The notes beneath the pieces are model-generated. The model did not search any database, was not told where the DNA came from, and worked only from the letters and a program-made list of their open reading frames with translations. From Bacteroidales bacterium UBA1757 (lineage in GTDB: Bacteria > Bacteroidota > Bacteroidia > Bacteroidales > UBA1402), in assembly GCA_002315625.1 (NCBI GenBank), contig DCHH01000025.1:1-49033 (forward strand): DNA of 49,033 bases. The letters run 5' to 3'. Positions 19,029 through 28,868 of this stretch are shown here, one piece after another. The position numbers and the translations under genes were made by a program. The number at the start of each line of letters is the position of its first letter. Within the stretch, counting starts at the first letter, position 1.

Positions 19029-20327
19029 TTACATGAAGATGTAACGGAGAACAAACAGTATAGCCAGAACCCACATTGTGATGCTGATCTTCTTTGCTTT
19101 ACCAGTGCAGGCATTGATGATGACATAGACAATCATACCCAGCAGGATACCGTGGGCGATGCTATATGACAACGGCATCATGACAGCAGTGATGAAAGCA
19201 GGGATAGCCTCAGAATAGTCGTTCCAGTCAATTTCCTTGATCGGAGCAAGCATCATCACACCGACAATGACCAGGACGGCTCCGGTAGCTGCGCCAGGAA
19301 TAGCAAGGAAAATCGGTGAGAAGAACAAAGCCACGATAAAGCCAATCGCGATAACGAAAGCGGTAAGGCCAGTGCGGCCGCCTTCGGCAACACCAGAAGC
19401 GCTCTCAATATAGGTTGTAGTGGTAGAAGTACCGAAAACTGCACCGGCAGTGGTGGCAACAGCGTCAGCCATCAAAATCTTGCTGATACCATCGACCTTG
19501 CCGTCCTTATCGACCATACCTGACTTGACAGAAACACCAACTACGGTTCCGATGGTGTCGAACATGTCAATGAAGAGGAAGGTGAAGACAACAACCAGCA
19601 TATCCCAGCTCAAAATCTGTGACCATTCGAACTGGCAGAAAATGGGGGAAAGGGAAGCAGGCATGGAAACAACACCCGAAAATTTGGTGATGCCAAAGGG
19701 AATGCCAATGATGGTGGTGGCAAGCATACCAATCAGGATACCACCCTTCACACCCAGGACAACCAGGATAGAGGTGATGAAAAGTCCGATGACGAACAGC
19801 ATGCTGCCAGCGGTCTTGAGGTCACCCAGGCCAACCAGAGTTGCACTATTGTCAACGATAATGCCGGCGTTCTGCAGTCCGATGAAGGCAATGTAAAGAC
19901 CGATACCAGCACCGATAGCTTTCTTGAGCGAGTTGGGAATGGCATCGACAATCATCTCACGTACCTTGGTGGCCGACAGAATGATGAAAATGATACCCTC
20001 AATCAGAATGGCGGTCAGGGCAAACTGCCAGCTGTAACCCATTCCAAGGCATACGGTGAATACGAAGAAAGCATTCAGACCCATACCCGGAGCAAGTCCG
20101 AAGGGCTTCTTGGCATAGAGAGCCATGGCCAGCGTACCAACGATGGCAGCCAGAGCGGTGGCAGTGAATACTGAACCTACCGGCATACCCTCAAGATTGC
20201 CGAAGATACTGGGATTGACAGCCAGAATGTAGGCCATCGTCAAGAAGGTTGTGATACCTGCGAGGACTTCCGTGCGAACACTTGTTCCGTTCACACCAGC
20301 CTCAAAACCAAACAGTTTTTTAAGCAT
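19029..20327 (-). CDS. NCS2 family purine permease (adenine/guanine/hypoxanthine, AzgA/PbuG-like)
   Basis: Polytopic membrane protein. N-terminus MLKKLFGFEAG...EVLAGITTFLTMAYILAVNP is typical of this family, so I chose the ATG at 20327 over the upstream Met at 20360. Confidence 0.88.
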   Translation of the reverse strand: MLKKLFGFEAGVNGTSVRTEVLAGITTFLTMAYILAVNPSIFGNLEGMPVGSVFTATALAAIVGTLAMALYAKKPFGLAPGMGLNAFFVFTVCLGMGYSWQFALTAILIEGIIFIILSATKVREMIVDAIPNSLKKAIGAGIGLYIAFIGLQNAGIIVDNSATLVGLGDLKTAGSMLFVIGLFITSILVVLGVKGGILIGMLATTIIGIPFGITKFSGVVSMPASLSPIFCQFEWSQILSWDMLVVVFTFLFIDMFDTIGTVVGVSVKSGMVDKDGKVDGISKILMADAVATTAGAVFGTSTTTTYIESASGVAEGGRTGLTAFVIAIGFIVALFFSPIFLAIPGAATGAVLVIVGVMMLAPIKEIDWNDYSEAIPAFITAVMMPLSYSIAHGILLGMIVYVIINACTGKAKKISITMWVLAILFVLRYIFM

Positions 20328-20465
20328 ATAAAATAAATTAGGAGTTGGGAAATCCGCCATTAAGCCCGCCGGCTGAAAAACGCATCAAAATTAATACATT
20401 TTTCCTAAATCCACATCTGTTACTACCCCAAATTTTAACCAGTTGGGAGATTGCAGCGGATTTTA

Positions 20466-20473
20466 TACTTTTG
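20466..20473 (+). promoter_or_regulatory. -7 promoter box (TACTTTTG) for the DEAD-box helicase gene
   Basis: Matches TAnnTTTG, followed by CGCCC. Lies 21 nt upstream of the ATG. Confidence 0.45.
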
Positions 20474-20493
20474 CGCCCGATTTAAGTTAAAAT

Positions 20494-22248
20494 ATGAAGT
20501 CATTTGAAGAACTTGGCCTGGAAGAAGATTTGCTAAAGGCCATACGGGAACTGGGATTCGAGAATCCTATGCCGGTACAGGAAGAAGTAATACCCTATTT
20601 GTTGGAAGGCGACAAAGACGTCGTGGCTCTGGCACAGACTGGAACTGGCAAGACTGCGGCCTTCGGACTGCCAATCCTGCAAAAGCTTGACGGTAAAAGC
20701 CTTGACACCCAGGCTCTTATCATGAGTCCTACCCGCGAACTCTGCCTGCAGATATCCGACGACCTGAGAGATTTCGCCAAATACATGCCTGGAGTCTATG
20801 TACTTCCGGTCTATGGCGGCAGCAGTATCGAACAGCAAATCCGGGCCCTGAGAAAAGGTATTCAGGTCATAGTGGCCACACCGGGACGTCTTCTCGACCT
20901 TATGCGAAGGGGGTGCGTTGACCTCTCAAAAGTACACGATGTGGTAATGGATGAGGCGGACGAAATGCTCGACATGGGCTTCACCGATGATATCAACGCC
21001 ATCCTTTCCGAAGTCCCTGCAGAACGCAACACCTTACTGTTCTCGGCCACCATGCCCGATGAAATCGGGAAGATCGCAAAAAACTACATGCGCAATCCGA
21101 GGGAAATAGTCATCGGGAACCGAAACGAAAGCACCGCCACGGTCAGACACATATATTATATGGTGCAGGCCAAGGACAAATACCAGACGCTGAAACGCAT
21201 TATCGACTACTATCCCAGTCTGTACGGCATCATTTTCTGCCGCACGAAAGTTGAAACCCAGGAGGTGGCCGACAAACTGATTCACGACGGCTACAATGCC
21301 GACTCGCTTCACGGAGACCTTTCACAGGCCCAGCGCGACTATGTCATGCAGCGTTTCCGCCTGCGCAACCTCCAGCTTCTGGTAGCCACCGACGTGGCAG
21401 CCCGCGGACTGGATGTTGACGACCTGACCCATATCATCAACTACACTCTTCCGGATGACACTGAGGTCTATACCCACCGCAGCGGCCGTACAGGAAGGGC
21501 CGGCAAGACAGGAATATCGATTGCCATCATCAACCTCAGGGAAAAACACCGTATCAGGACCATTGAGAAGAATATTAACAAGGTGTTCGAAGCCGGAAAG
21601 ATGCCAACCGGCAAGGAAATATGCAGCAAGCAGATATTCAACCTGATGGACCGTATAGAGAAAGTCGAAGTCAACGAGAACGAAATAGCCGGTATTCTTC
21701 CGTCAGTATATCGAAAACTGGAGTGGCTGGACAAGGAAGATCTGGTCAAGAGGATGGTATCTCTCGAATTCAACCGTCTTATTGCCTACTATCAGGACAA
21801 CGAAGACTTCGAGACGATTGACGAAACCCCAAAATCCAAACGTGAAAAATCCCAGGGCAGCTCCGCCCCCGAACAGGGTTTCTCAAAGATTTTCATCGGT
21901 CTGGGCAAAATGGACGGAGCCACTCCAAAGAACCTGCTTGGACTCCTCAACGAATGCATCGGCGGCAAGGTCGAGGTGGGACGTATTGACCTGTTCACCC
22001 GCTATTCACTGCTGGACGTGGCTGAGAAAAACGCCAAGGATGTGGTACGCGAGCTCCGTTCGCTTAGAGTCCTCGGACGCAATGTACGCGTTGACTTTGC
22101 CACCGAAGACCAAATAAACAGAGGAGCAAAAATCAAGGCAGAAGGGGGTGAACGCGAAGGCAAACACTTTAACCGCTCACGCCGTCAAGGCTCCCCTGGC
22201 AGAGACAGGCAAGACTTCCCAAATAAAAAAAAGAAAAAATATTTGTAA
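20494..22248 (+). CDS. DEAD-box ATP-dependent RNA helicase (DeaD/CsdA-like, with a C-terminal RNA-binding extension)
   Basis: Motifs AQTGTGKT, PTRELC, DEAD (VMDEADEM), SAT and HRSGRTGRAG. Basic Arg/Lys-rich C-terminal tail. Confidence 0.92.
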   Translation: MKSFEELGLEEDLLKAIRELGFENPMPVQEEVIPYLLEGDKDVVALAQTGTGKTAAFGLPILQKLDGKSLDTQALIMSPTRELCLQISDDLRDFAKYMPGVYVLPVYGGSSIEQQIRALRKGIQVIVATPGRLLDLMRRGCVDLSKVHDVVMDEADEMLDMGFTDDINAILSEVPAERNTLLFSATMPDEIGKIAKNYMRNPREIVIGNRNESTATVRHIYYMVQAKDKYQTLKRIIDYYPSLYGIIFCRTKVETQEVADKLIHDGYNADSLHGDLSQAQRDYVMQRFRLRNLQLLVATDVAARGLDVDDLTHIINYTLPDDTEVYTHRSGRTGRAGKTGISIAIINLREKHRIRTIEKNINKVFEAGKMPTGKEICSKQIFNLMDRIEKVEVNENEIAGILPSVYRKLEWLDKEDLVKRMVSLEFNRLIAYYQDNEDFETIDETPKSKREKSQGSSAPEQGFSKIFIGLGKMDGATPKNLLGLLNECIGGKVEVGRIDLFTRYSLLDVAEKNAKDVVRELRSLRVLGRNVRVDFATEDQINRGAKIKAEGGEREGKHFNRSRRQGSPGRDRQDFPNKKKKKYL

Positions 22249-22263
22249 TCAAGAATAATTCAC

Positions 22264-22271
22264 TACCTTTG
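22264..22271 (+). promoter_or_regulatory. -7 promoter box (TACCTTTG) for rpsO
   Basis: Matches TAnnTTTG, with TTTG at 22242-22245 as a -33 element. Followed by CGCCC. Confidence 0.5.
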
Positions 22272-22311
22272 CGCCCGCAATTTTTGCACAACTATATTAA
22301 AATTTACCACA

Positions 22312-22581
22312 ATGTACTTAACCAAAGAAAAGAAACAGGAAATCTTCGAGAAGTACGGAAAGTCCAACACGGATACTGGTTCGCCTGAAGCACAGATCGC
22401 CTTGTTCTCCTACCGTATCTCTCATTTGACTGAGCACTTGAAGTCAAACAAGAAGGACTATAGCACTTCCCGTTCCCTGAAGATGTTGGTCGGCAAGCGT
22501 CGCCGCCTGCTGGACTATGTAAAGGCAAAGGATATCGAAAAGTATCGTAGCCTCATCAAGGAGTTGGGCATCAGACGTTAA
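22312..22581 (+). CDS. rpsO: 30S ribosomal protein S15
   Basis: 89 aa. MYLTKEKKQEIFEKYG...GSPEAQIALFSYRISHLTEHLK is the canonical S15 sequence. Confidence 0.97.
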   Translation: MYLTKEKKQEIFEKYGKSNTDTGSPEAQIALFSYRISHLTEHLKSNKKDYSTSRSLKMLVGKRRRLLDYVKAKDIEKYRSLIKELGIRR

Positions 22582-22602
22582 GTCTTTCGCTTCCACGAAT
22601 TT

Positions 22603-22637
22603 AAAAGAGCCGGACAAGCCATTCGTCCGGCTCTTTT
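22603..22637 (+). terminator. Rho-independent terminator after rpsO
   Basis: Perfect 13-bp stem AAAAGAGCCGGAC / GTCCGGCTCTTTT with a 9-nt loop. The T run forms the 3' end of the stem. Confidence 0.8.
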
Positions 22638-22725
22638 AATATTATTTTAGAAGTAATATTAGCAATTCACCTTTTTTATTCGTTACTTTGCCGCGAATTT
22701 GTGACACACATAAATCAAGACCATT

Positions 22726-22968
22726 ATGACAGAAATAGCTGAAAAAGTACAAGCCATCATCGCCGACAAGCTGGGCGTTGAGCTTTCACAAGTCACCCCT
22801 ACTGCCAAGTTCACCAGTGATTTGGGTGCCGATTCTCTTGACACCGTTGAATTGCTCATGAAACTTGAAGAAGAGTTTTCTGTAAAGATTCCAGAAGAGG
22901 AGCAGGAGAAGATTTCCACTGTTCAAGACGCTGTTTCATACATTGAAAACGCTCTGAGCAACAAATAA
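22726..22968 (+). CDS. acpP: acyl carrier protein
   Basis: 80 aa with the phosphopantetheine attachment motif LGADSLD. Confidence 0.96.
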   Translation: MTEIAEKVQAIIADKLGVELSQVTPTAKFTSDLGADSLDTVELLMKLEEEFSVKIPEEEQEKISTVQDAVSYIENALSNK

Positions 22969-23023
22969 TCCGGTGAGTCAAGAGACATTCCTGACCGCTA
23001 CTGATGATTCCTATCGTACGACC

Positions 23024-24277
23024 ATGGAATTAAAAAGAGTAGTCGTAACAGGTCTTGGTGCCATCACTCCTATAGGCAATTCCGTCCCCGAATACTGGGA
23101 CGGTCTTGTGAAGGGTGCGAGTGGTGCAGGGCCTGTCACACATTTTGATGCTTCACTCTTCCGCACACAGTTCGCCTGTGAAGTAAAGGGACTTGATATC
23201 GTCGGGTTCTTCGGCACAAAAGATGCCCGAAAGTATGACGCATACGAACACTTCGCTTTGATGACTGCCGAAGAGGCGTTTCAGGACAGCGGCATTGACC
23301 TCACAAAGGAGGATCTATGGCGCTGCGGAGCCATCTGGGCCAGTGGTGTCGGAGGACTCAGCTCTCTGGAACCGGAAATTGCGGCCTACTACAAGGGGGA
23401 CGGGACACCGCGCTTCAGTCCGTTCCTGGTTCCCAAGATGATAGGGAATATGCCTGCCGGCTACATATCAATCCGATATGGCCTTCGCGGACCGAGTTTC
23501 AGCACTGTAGCCGCCTGTGCCGCATCCAATATGTCCATACTTGCCGCCTTCGACCAGATTCGAATGGGTGACGCTGACATCATCTTTGCAGGAGGTTCGG
23601 AGGCCACCATCTGCCCAAGCGGCATCGGTTCATTCTCTGCAATGCGTGCCCTGTCAAACCGCAATGACGATCCTGAACATGCAAGCAGGCCATTCAGCCT
23701 CTCACGCGACGGATTTGTCATGGGAGAGGGAGGCGGCTGCCTCATTCTGGAGGAACTGGAGCACGCCAAGGCCCGTGGCGCAAAGATATACGCCGAAATC
23801 ATAGGCGGCGCACATACTGATGATGCCTACCACATGACAGCCCCCCATCCTGAAGGACTCGGAGCTGCGATGGTCATGAAAAAAGCCATAGAGAAAGCAG
23901 GTATTCGCCCGGAGGATGTCGATTACATAAATGCTCACGGCACATCGACAAAGTTAGGTGACATAGCCGAAGTAAAAGCTATTGAGACTGTCTTCGGTGA
24001 GCACACCTACTCAATGAACATCAGTTCGACCAAGTCCATGACCGGGCATTTGCTTGGCGGAGCCGGGGCAATCGAGGCCATTGCCTGCATCAAGGCCATC
24101 AACACCGGCATTATTCCTCCGACCATCAACCATAGCCAGGACGATGTCGATCCGGAGCTCGATTCCCGCATCAATTTCACCTTCAACAAGGCACAGAGAC
24201 GCGAGGTCACAGTAGCCCTTTCCAACGGCTTTGGTTTTGGAGGACAGAACGCTACTTTGGTGCTCAGGAAATACTGA
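23024..24277 (+). CDS. fabF: beta-ketoacyl-ACP synthase II
   Basis: I chose the start at MELKRVVVTGLGAITPIG rather than the track's GTG at 22973. Active-site Cys context STVAACAAS, His motifs in HGTST and GHLLGGAG, C-terminal NGFGFGGQN. Confidence 0.94.
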   Translation: MELKRVVVTGLGAITPIGNSVPEYWDGLVKGASGAGPVTHFDASLFRTQFACEVKGLDIVGFFGTKDARKYDAYEHFALMTAEEAFQDSGIDLTKEDLWRCGAIWASGVGGLSSLEPEIAAYYKGDGTPRFSPFLVPKMIGNMPAGYISIRYGLRGPSFSTVAACAASNMSILAAFDQIRMGDADIIFAGGSEATICPSGIGSFSAMRALSNRNDDPEHASRPFSLSRDGFVMGEGGGCLILEELEHAKARGAKIYAEIIGGAHTDDAYHMTAPHPEGLGAAMVMKKAIEKAGIRPEDVDYINAHGTSTKLGDIAEVKAIETVFGEHTYSMNISSTKSMTGHLLGGAGAIEAIACIKAINTGIIPPTINHSQDDVDPELDSRINFTFNKAQRREVTVALSNGFGFGGQNATLVLRKY

Positions 24278-24310
24278 GCCGCCTGAAACAAAAAAACGGA
24301 ACATTTCACT

Positions 24311-25786
24311 ATGAAACAGCCTTTAGTCATATACAATACTCTGACCCGCAGCAAGGAAGAATTCAAACCGCTTCATGAAAACCTGGTCGGAATGTATGTC
24401 TGCGGACCCACCGTCTATGGCGATGCACACCTTGGCCATGCCAGGCCAGCCATCACGTTCGATGTCCTGTTCCGTTATCTTCAACAGATTGGCTACAAGG
24501 TCCGATATGTCCGCAACATCACCGACGTAGGCCATCTTGAGCACGATGCCGACGAAGGAGAGGACAAGATTGCCAAGAAGGCCCGTCTTGAACAGCTTGA
24601 GCCGATGGAGGTAGTTCAGTATTACCTGAACCGCTACCACAAAGCAATGGAGGCCCTTAATGTTCTGCCCCCATCCATCGAGCCTCATGCTTCCGGCCAC
24701 ATAATTGAGCAGATAAACCTTGTCAAGGAGATTCTCGACAACGGCTATGCCTACGAGAGTGAAGGCTCTATCTATTTTGATGTTCCGAAATACAACCGCG
24801 AGCACCATTACGGCAAGCTGTCAGGCCGCAACCTCGACGATGTGCTCAACACCAGCCGTGACAACCTTGACGGCCAGCAGGAAAAGCATAACCCTGTTGA
24901 TTTTGCCTTGTGGAAGAAAGCTCAGAAAGAGCATATAATGCGCTGGCCCAGCCCATGGAGCGACGGTTTCCCCGGATGGCATTGCGAATGCACAGCCATG
25001 GGAAGAAAATATCTTGGCAACCACTTTGACATCCACGGCGGCGGAATGGATCTGATTTTCCCCCACCACGAGTGTGAAATCGCCCAGTCGGTTGCTTCAC
25101 AAGGTGATGACATGGTGCACTACTGGATGCACAACAACATGATTACCATCAACGGCCAGAAGATGGGAAAGAGCCTTGGCAATTTCATTACATTGGACGA
25201 GTTCTTTACCGGCAGCCACAAGCTTCTTGACCAGCCCTATGGTCCGATGACCATCAGGTTTTTCATTCTGCAGGCTCACTACCGCAGCACTGTGGATTTC
25301 AGCAATGAGGCATTACAGGCATCAGAAAAAGGCTTAGAGAGATTGATGGATTCATATCGTCGTTTGCAACAGCTCAAACCTTCTCCCGTATCATCGGCTG
25401 ACATTAACGGAATCAGGCAGAAGTGCTTCGATGCAATGAACGACGACCTGAACACACCGATAGTGATTTCGCACCTTTTCGATGCCGGACGCACCATCAA
25501 CAGCGTATATGATGGCAAGGCTACCATTTCTGAAGCCGACCTGAATGAACTCAAAGAGGTATTCAAGCTTTTCATTGAAGACATCATGGGCTTGAAAGTC
25601 ACAGACGAGGCCGGGCAGTCAAAGGCCGAGACGGCATACAAGGCTGTCGTTGACATGGTCCTGAATATGCGTATGGAGGCCAAGGCAAACAAAGACTGGG
25701 CTAAGGCCGACAAAATACGCAACGAACTAACCGCGCTGGGCTTCGACATCAAAGACCGCAAGGACGGTTTCGAGTGGAGTATCTGA
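24311..25786 (+). CDS. cysS: cysteine--tRNA ligase
   Basis: Class I HIGH-type motif (HLGHARP) and KMSKS-type motif (KMGKSLGN). Zinc-binding GWHCEC context. Confidence 0.96.
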   Translation: MKQPLVIYNTLTRSKEEFKPLHENLVGMYVCGPTVYGDAHLGHARPAITFDVLFRYLQQIGYKVRYVRNITDVGHLEHDADEGEDKIAKKARLEQLEPMEVVQYYLNRYHKAMEALNVLPPSIEPHASGHIIEQINLVKEILDNGYAYESEGSIYFDVPKYNREHHYGKLSGRNLDDVLNTSRDNLDGQQEKHNPVDFALWKKAQKEHIMRWPSPWSDGFPGWHCECTAMGRKYLGNHFDIHGGGMDLIFPHHECEIAQSVASQGDDMVHYWMHNNMITINGQKMGKSLGNFITLDEFFTGSHKLLDQPYGPMTIRFFILQAHYRSTVDFSNEALQASEKGLERLMDSYRRLQQLKPSPVSSADINGIRQKCFDAMNDDLNTPIVISHLFDAGRTINSVYDGKATISEADLNELKEVFKLFIEDIMGLKVTDEAGQSKAETAYKAVVDMVLNMRMEAKANKDWAKADKIRNELTALGFDIKDRKDGFEWSI

Positions 25787-25795
25787 CGACTCCCT

Positions 25796-26617
25796 TTAAT
25801 GCTTAATTCCTGAAGCTTCCTTGAAGATTCCCTTGACTGACCCGAGTATGATGGGGGCTTCAATCTGTACAGGCATGCAGTCTTCGCCCTTGGCCAGCCA
25901 TATTTTCATATAGTCGCCTTTTTTGAATACGGTACCCTCCACCAGTGTCATGTGAAACAGGTGGCAATCCCATTTTTCACCTTTATGGAGCTTAATGGTT
26001 TCGTCTCCAATGTAATAAAGGTTAATAGTGTATTCGCCGTCATCGAGACGCATTGGTATAACCATTGGATTTGCGGCCAACAGTTCTTCTTCAGGGATAC
26101 ATCGCAGCCGATAGACGCTCGTTATGATGTCAAAGCCGTCATTTGTCGTAAATTCCGTCACATCTGAAGTATAAACCCCCTTTCGCTTCAGTCGGGTATT
26201 GATTTTCCACCCCAAGGCAGCAGTATCCCCCTCACCGACCATGACACGTTGATATGAGAATTCGTCATTGCCATGCCATTTTCCTTCATGCGCATGTTTA
26301 TTGCCCCAAAAAGGAAAAAGCGTATTGGGATCCACTTCACTTCTAAGTGTATCCCGCACCGAAAAGATTTTGTCGTATGAAGGACCCGTACCGCCCGATG
26401 CAGTCAGAATATATGTCGGATGGCCTGCATGATTGCCCTCAGTGACGTCAAAATATGCGTTTCCGACTGAGAGCCAGAGGAATCCTAAGTTGTACCAAAG
26501 AGAATAAGTCAGTTTTTCACCTGCCTGAAAAGGAATCTTCTGGCAGCGCGCTCCACTTGTTGAAATCAATGACATTATTAAAAATGCCATTAAAGAGAAA
26601 CGTATATTATGTATCAT
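25796..26617 (-). CDS. hypothetical secreted protein, probably DUF3108 family
   Basis: 273 aa with a signal peptide. The N-terminal GEKLTYSLWYNLGFLWLSVGNAYFDV resembles DUF3108 proteins as I remember them. This has not been checked by HMM. Confidence 0.45.
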   Translation of the reverse strand: MIHNIRFSLMAFLIMSLISTSGARCQKIPFQAGEKLTYSLWYNLGFLWLSVGNAYFDVTEGNHAGHPTYILTASGGTGPSYDKIFSVRDTLRSEVDPNTLFPFWGNKHAHEGKWHGNDEFSYQRVMVGEGDTAALGWKINTRLKRKGVYTSDVTEFTTNDGFDIITSVYRLRCIPEEELLAANPMVIPMRLDDGEYTINLYYIGDETIKLHKGEKWDCHLFHMTLVEGTVFKKGDYMKIWLAKGEDCMPVQIEAPIILGSVKGIFKEASGIKH

Positions 26618-26623
26618 ATCTAA

Positions 26624-28750
26624 TTACCTTCCCCTGCCTTTACCTTTGTCAGTGGCTTTCTTGAGATCCTTAGGTTTCTGTTTTTCTGGTGGCAGGATAT
26701 TGATATCCCAACTTTCATTATCTTCCCAGTTGGCCTTCAAAGTAAACATTCGGTCGTTGTATATTACCGTTTCAGGCTGACGCTTCTCATCATAGTTTCC
26801 GGTATCCCAGAGCCCATTGTCGTTATCGTCAAGCACAAGTCGCATATAGAAGTCACCCGGCTTCATATCCACAAAGTCAGCCACATCATCGATTACATAT
26901 TCCATTCGGACAACCTTCTCGCTCTTGTCCAATAGCTCAATAAAGGCAGGACGTCCCAATAGACCCGACACCGTGACAATCATACGTGCATACTCCTTTT
27001 CCTCCTTCACCTTGAAGTCCTGGGTGAACTTTTCGATTTTGATGCCATAGACACTAATCACACTGGCAGAATCAATAGTAATCCGATACTGCTCCCCGTA
27101 TTCCCAATCGGCATAGAACCAGTATTTTCGTCCGACCCATGGATCCTGCTCTATTTCAAAATCATCGGTTTCTTTCCATACGGTATCCACCTTATGGTAA
27201 AGATGCCATACCGAGGAATCCATACCTGCCAGAGGATAATCGAAGACAAACGAAGGAACAGCATACACATCTATGGACTGTGAAAGTGTTGTAGATATCT
27301 TCATCTTCGGGATAGCCGCACGAATTGAATCGGCCACCCGGATTGAATCGGCCAGTCGTGCCCGGATAGAGTCGGAGAAAAGGGTCGAATCGGCCACATA
27401 GATGGTCCGGACAAGAAGAAGCGAGTCAACCATTCGGAGTGAATCAGATGCATACACCTTCATGGACAGAGAGTCGGAAAGCTGCTTAATCTGTTCTTCA
27501 AAAACTTCACGCTTGTTATTCTTTGTATCCTTACCGGGCAGCTTCTTGCCCGTCCTCTTTGCCTTGGCATCATCTCCTCCCTTCTTGCCTTTCTTTCCAT
27601 CCTTCGCCTTCTCTTTCGGGGCAAGCAGCCGCAATGTGTCGCGCTGAGGGGCAAGGCAATCATTGCTGTCTGTCTTGAGATAGTCAATCTGGACAAAGAG
27701 TGTATCAAGTTTCATCAGGGCTGAATCCTTTAGCCAATATGTAAGGGTATCCATTGTCGGAACCATTTCCAGCACATTCCAATCCACAGTATCGATAGCG
27801 ATTGTGTCGGGCAGGTTGACAAGTTTCAACGACGGGACGGTATCGGATTTATAGCCGAAATAGAGCGTCAGGCGGTCACGCGAGGCCCGCTCCGACTTGA
27901 CCAGATACTGCTTACCGTAATCCTCCTTATAGTACCTGAGAATAATATTATCAGGATAGAAGCATGTCTTTTCACGGATTAGAATTGTATCGATTTTTAT
28001 CGTGTCGGCCCAAATAGTATCCGGATAAGTGCACCGCTCAGCCCACAGCGTCAATGCCGAATCAGGGAAAGCCACCATTTCTCCCTTCTGGTCGAACCGG
28101 TAGTCCCGGTTCATGTCGTTGAGAGCGAATATGTTATATTGAACACTGTCCTTGAGATTCTTTAAGCAGAAAAAACCGTTTTCATCAGTCTTTGTGATAC
28201 GAAGAAGCGGCTCCTTGACAAATGCACTGTCTGCCAGATTTGAGTGTGCACCTATGAGTATCCCCTTTTCCGGGTTCAAAGTCTGCGCGTTCAACAGATA
28301 GCCCGACACGCAAAGGGTGTCAATTGACGAAGAGTCGGTAGAGAAGGCAAAAGAAAGAGGTCCGTACGGATTACCTTCATTATTATCGACAATCGCTCCA
28401 TCGAGGAAATCTATCGTATAAGTGGTGTTGGGCTTGATTGTATCTTTCAGTTTAACAATGACTTCGTCCATTATGCCACTGACTTCGGGAATCTCCTTCT
28501 GCGGAGGTGAAACAACGACCAGATTGGAAGCATCCTTTACCGAAATGATTTCATTGAACTTGAGCTTAATAACCTGTTTGCGGTATTTAACGCTGTATCC
28601 CACCGAATTTGCGACCGGCTCGGTGCTGACCAGCACAGGCGGCGTTTCGTCCTTGGGTCCGCCTTGTGGCGATCCGATATTGGCACAGCTGCATATTCCT
28701 GCCACAATCAGCACATAAACAGCAAGATATAAGAATACTTTCTTTGGCAT
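26624..28750 (-). CDS. Ig-like-domain lipoprotein with a Lys-rich, DS(I/L)R-repeat linker (hypothetical)
   Basis: I chose the start at MPKKVFLYLAVYVLIVAGICSC (lipobox-like Cys) over the track start at 28777. The N-terminal PPVLVSTEPVANSV...VVVSPP resembles SbsA/Big_5 Ig-like domains. Ends 6 nt before the DUF3108-like gene. Confidence 0.55.
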   Translation of the reverse strand: MPKKVFLYLAVYVLIVAGICSCANIGSPQGGPKDETPPVLVSTEPVANSVGYSVKYRKQVIKLKFNEIISVKDASNLVVVSPPQKEIPEVSGIMDEVIVKLKDTIKPNTTYTIDFLDGAIVDNNEGNPYGPLSFAFSTDSSSIDTLCVSGYLLNAQTLNPEKGILIGAHSNLADSAFVKEPLLRITKTDENGFFCLKNLKDSVQYNIFALNDMNRDYRFDQKGEMVAFPDSALTLWAERCTYPDTIWADTIKIDTILIREKTCFYPDNIILRYYKEDYGKQYLVKSERASRDRLTLYFGYKSDTVPSLKLVNLPDTIAIDTVDWNVLEMVPTMDTLTYWLKDSALMKLDTLFVQIDYLKTDSNDCLAPQRDTLRLLAPKEKAKDGKKGKKGGDDAKAKRTGKKLPGKDTKNNKREVFEEQIKQLSDSLSMKVYASDSLRMVDSLLLVRTIYVADSTLFSDSIRARLADSIRVADSIRAAIPKMKISTTLSQSIDVYAVPSFVFDYPLAGMDSSVWHLYHKVDTVWKETDDFEIEQDPWVGRKYWFYADWEYGEQYRITIDSASVISVYGIKIEKFTQDFKVKEEKEYARMIVTVSGLLGRPAFIELLDKSEKVVRMEYVIDDVADFVDMKPGDFYMRLVLDDNDNGLWDTGNYDEKRQPETVIYNDRMFTLKANWEDNESWDINILPPEKQKPKDLKKATDKGKGRGR

Positions 28751-28838
28751 GAGCCCACAGTTCTTTTCAAGTGGCAAAGGTAATTGATGGAGCGCTCAAA
28801 AGCAAATGCGCAGACTTGCATTTACAGTTGCAAATCAG

Positions 28839-28846
28839 TACTTTTG
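28839..28846 (+). promoter_or_regulatory. -7 promoter box (TACTTTTG) for dapB
   Basis: Matches TAnnTTTG, 23 nt upstream of the ATG at 28869. Confidence 0.45.
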
Positions 28847-28868
28847 CGCTGTTTATTCATCAAAAGTC

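Noticed and set aside
22272-22311. Possible S15 autoregulatory leader structure upstream of rpsO.
   Set aside because: The predicted leader is only about 33 nt, with at most a weak 6-bp A/U stem (AATTTT/AAAATT). That is too little sequence to support a structured leader claim.
25279-25863. A 194-aa minus-strand ORF overlapping the 3' half of cysS.
   Set aside because: It is Ser/Leu/Arg-rich with no recognisable motif, and it lies entirely opposite a well-supported cysS. Antisense artefact.
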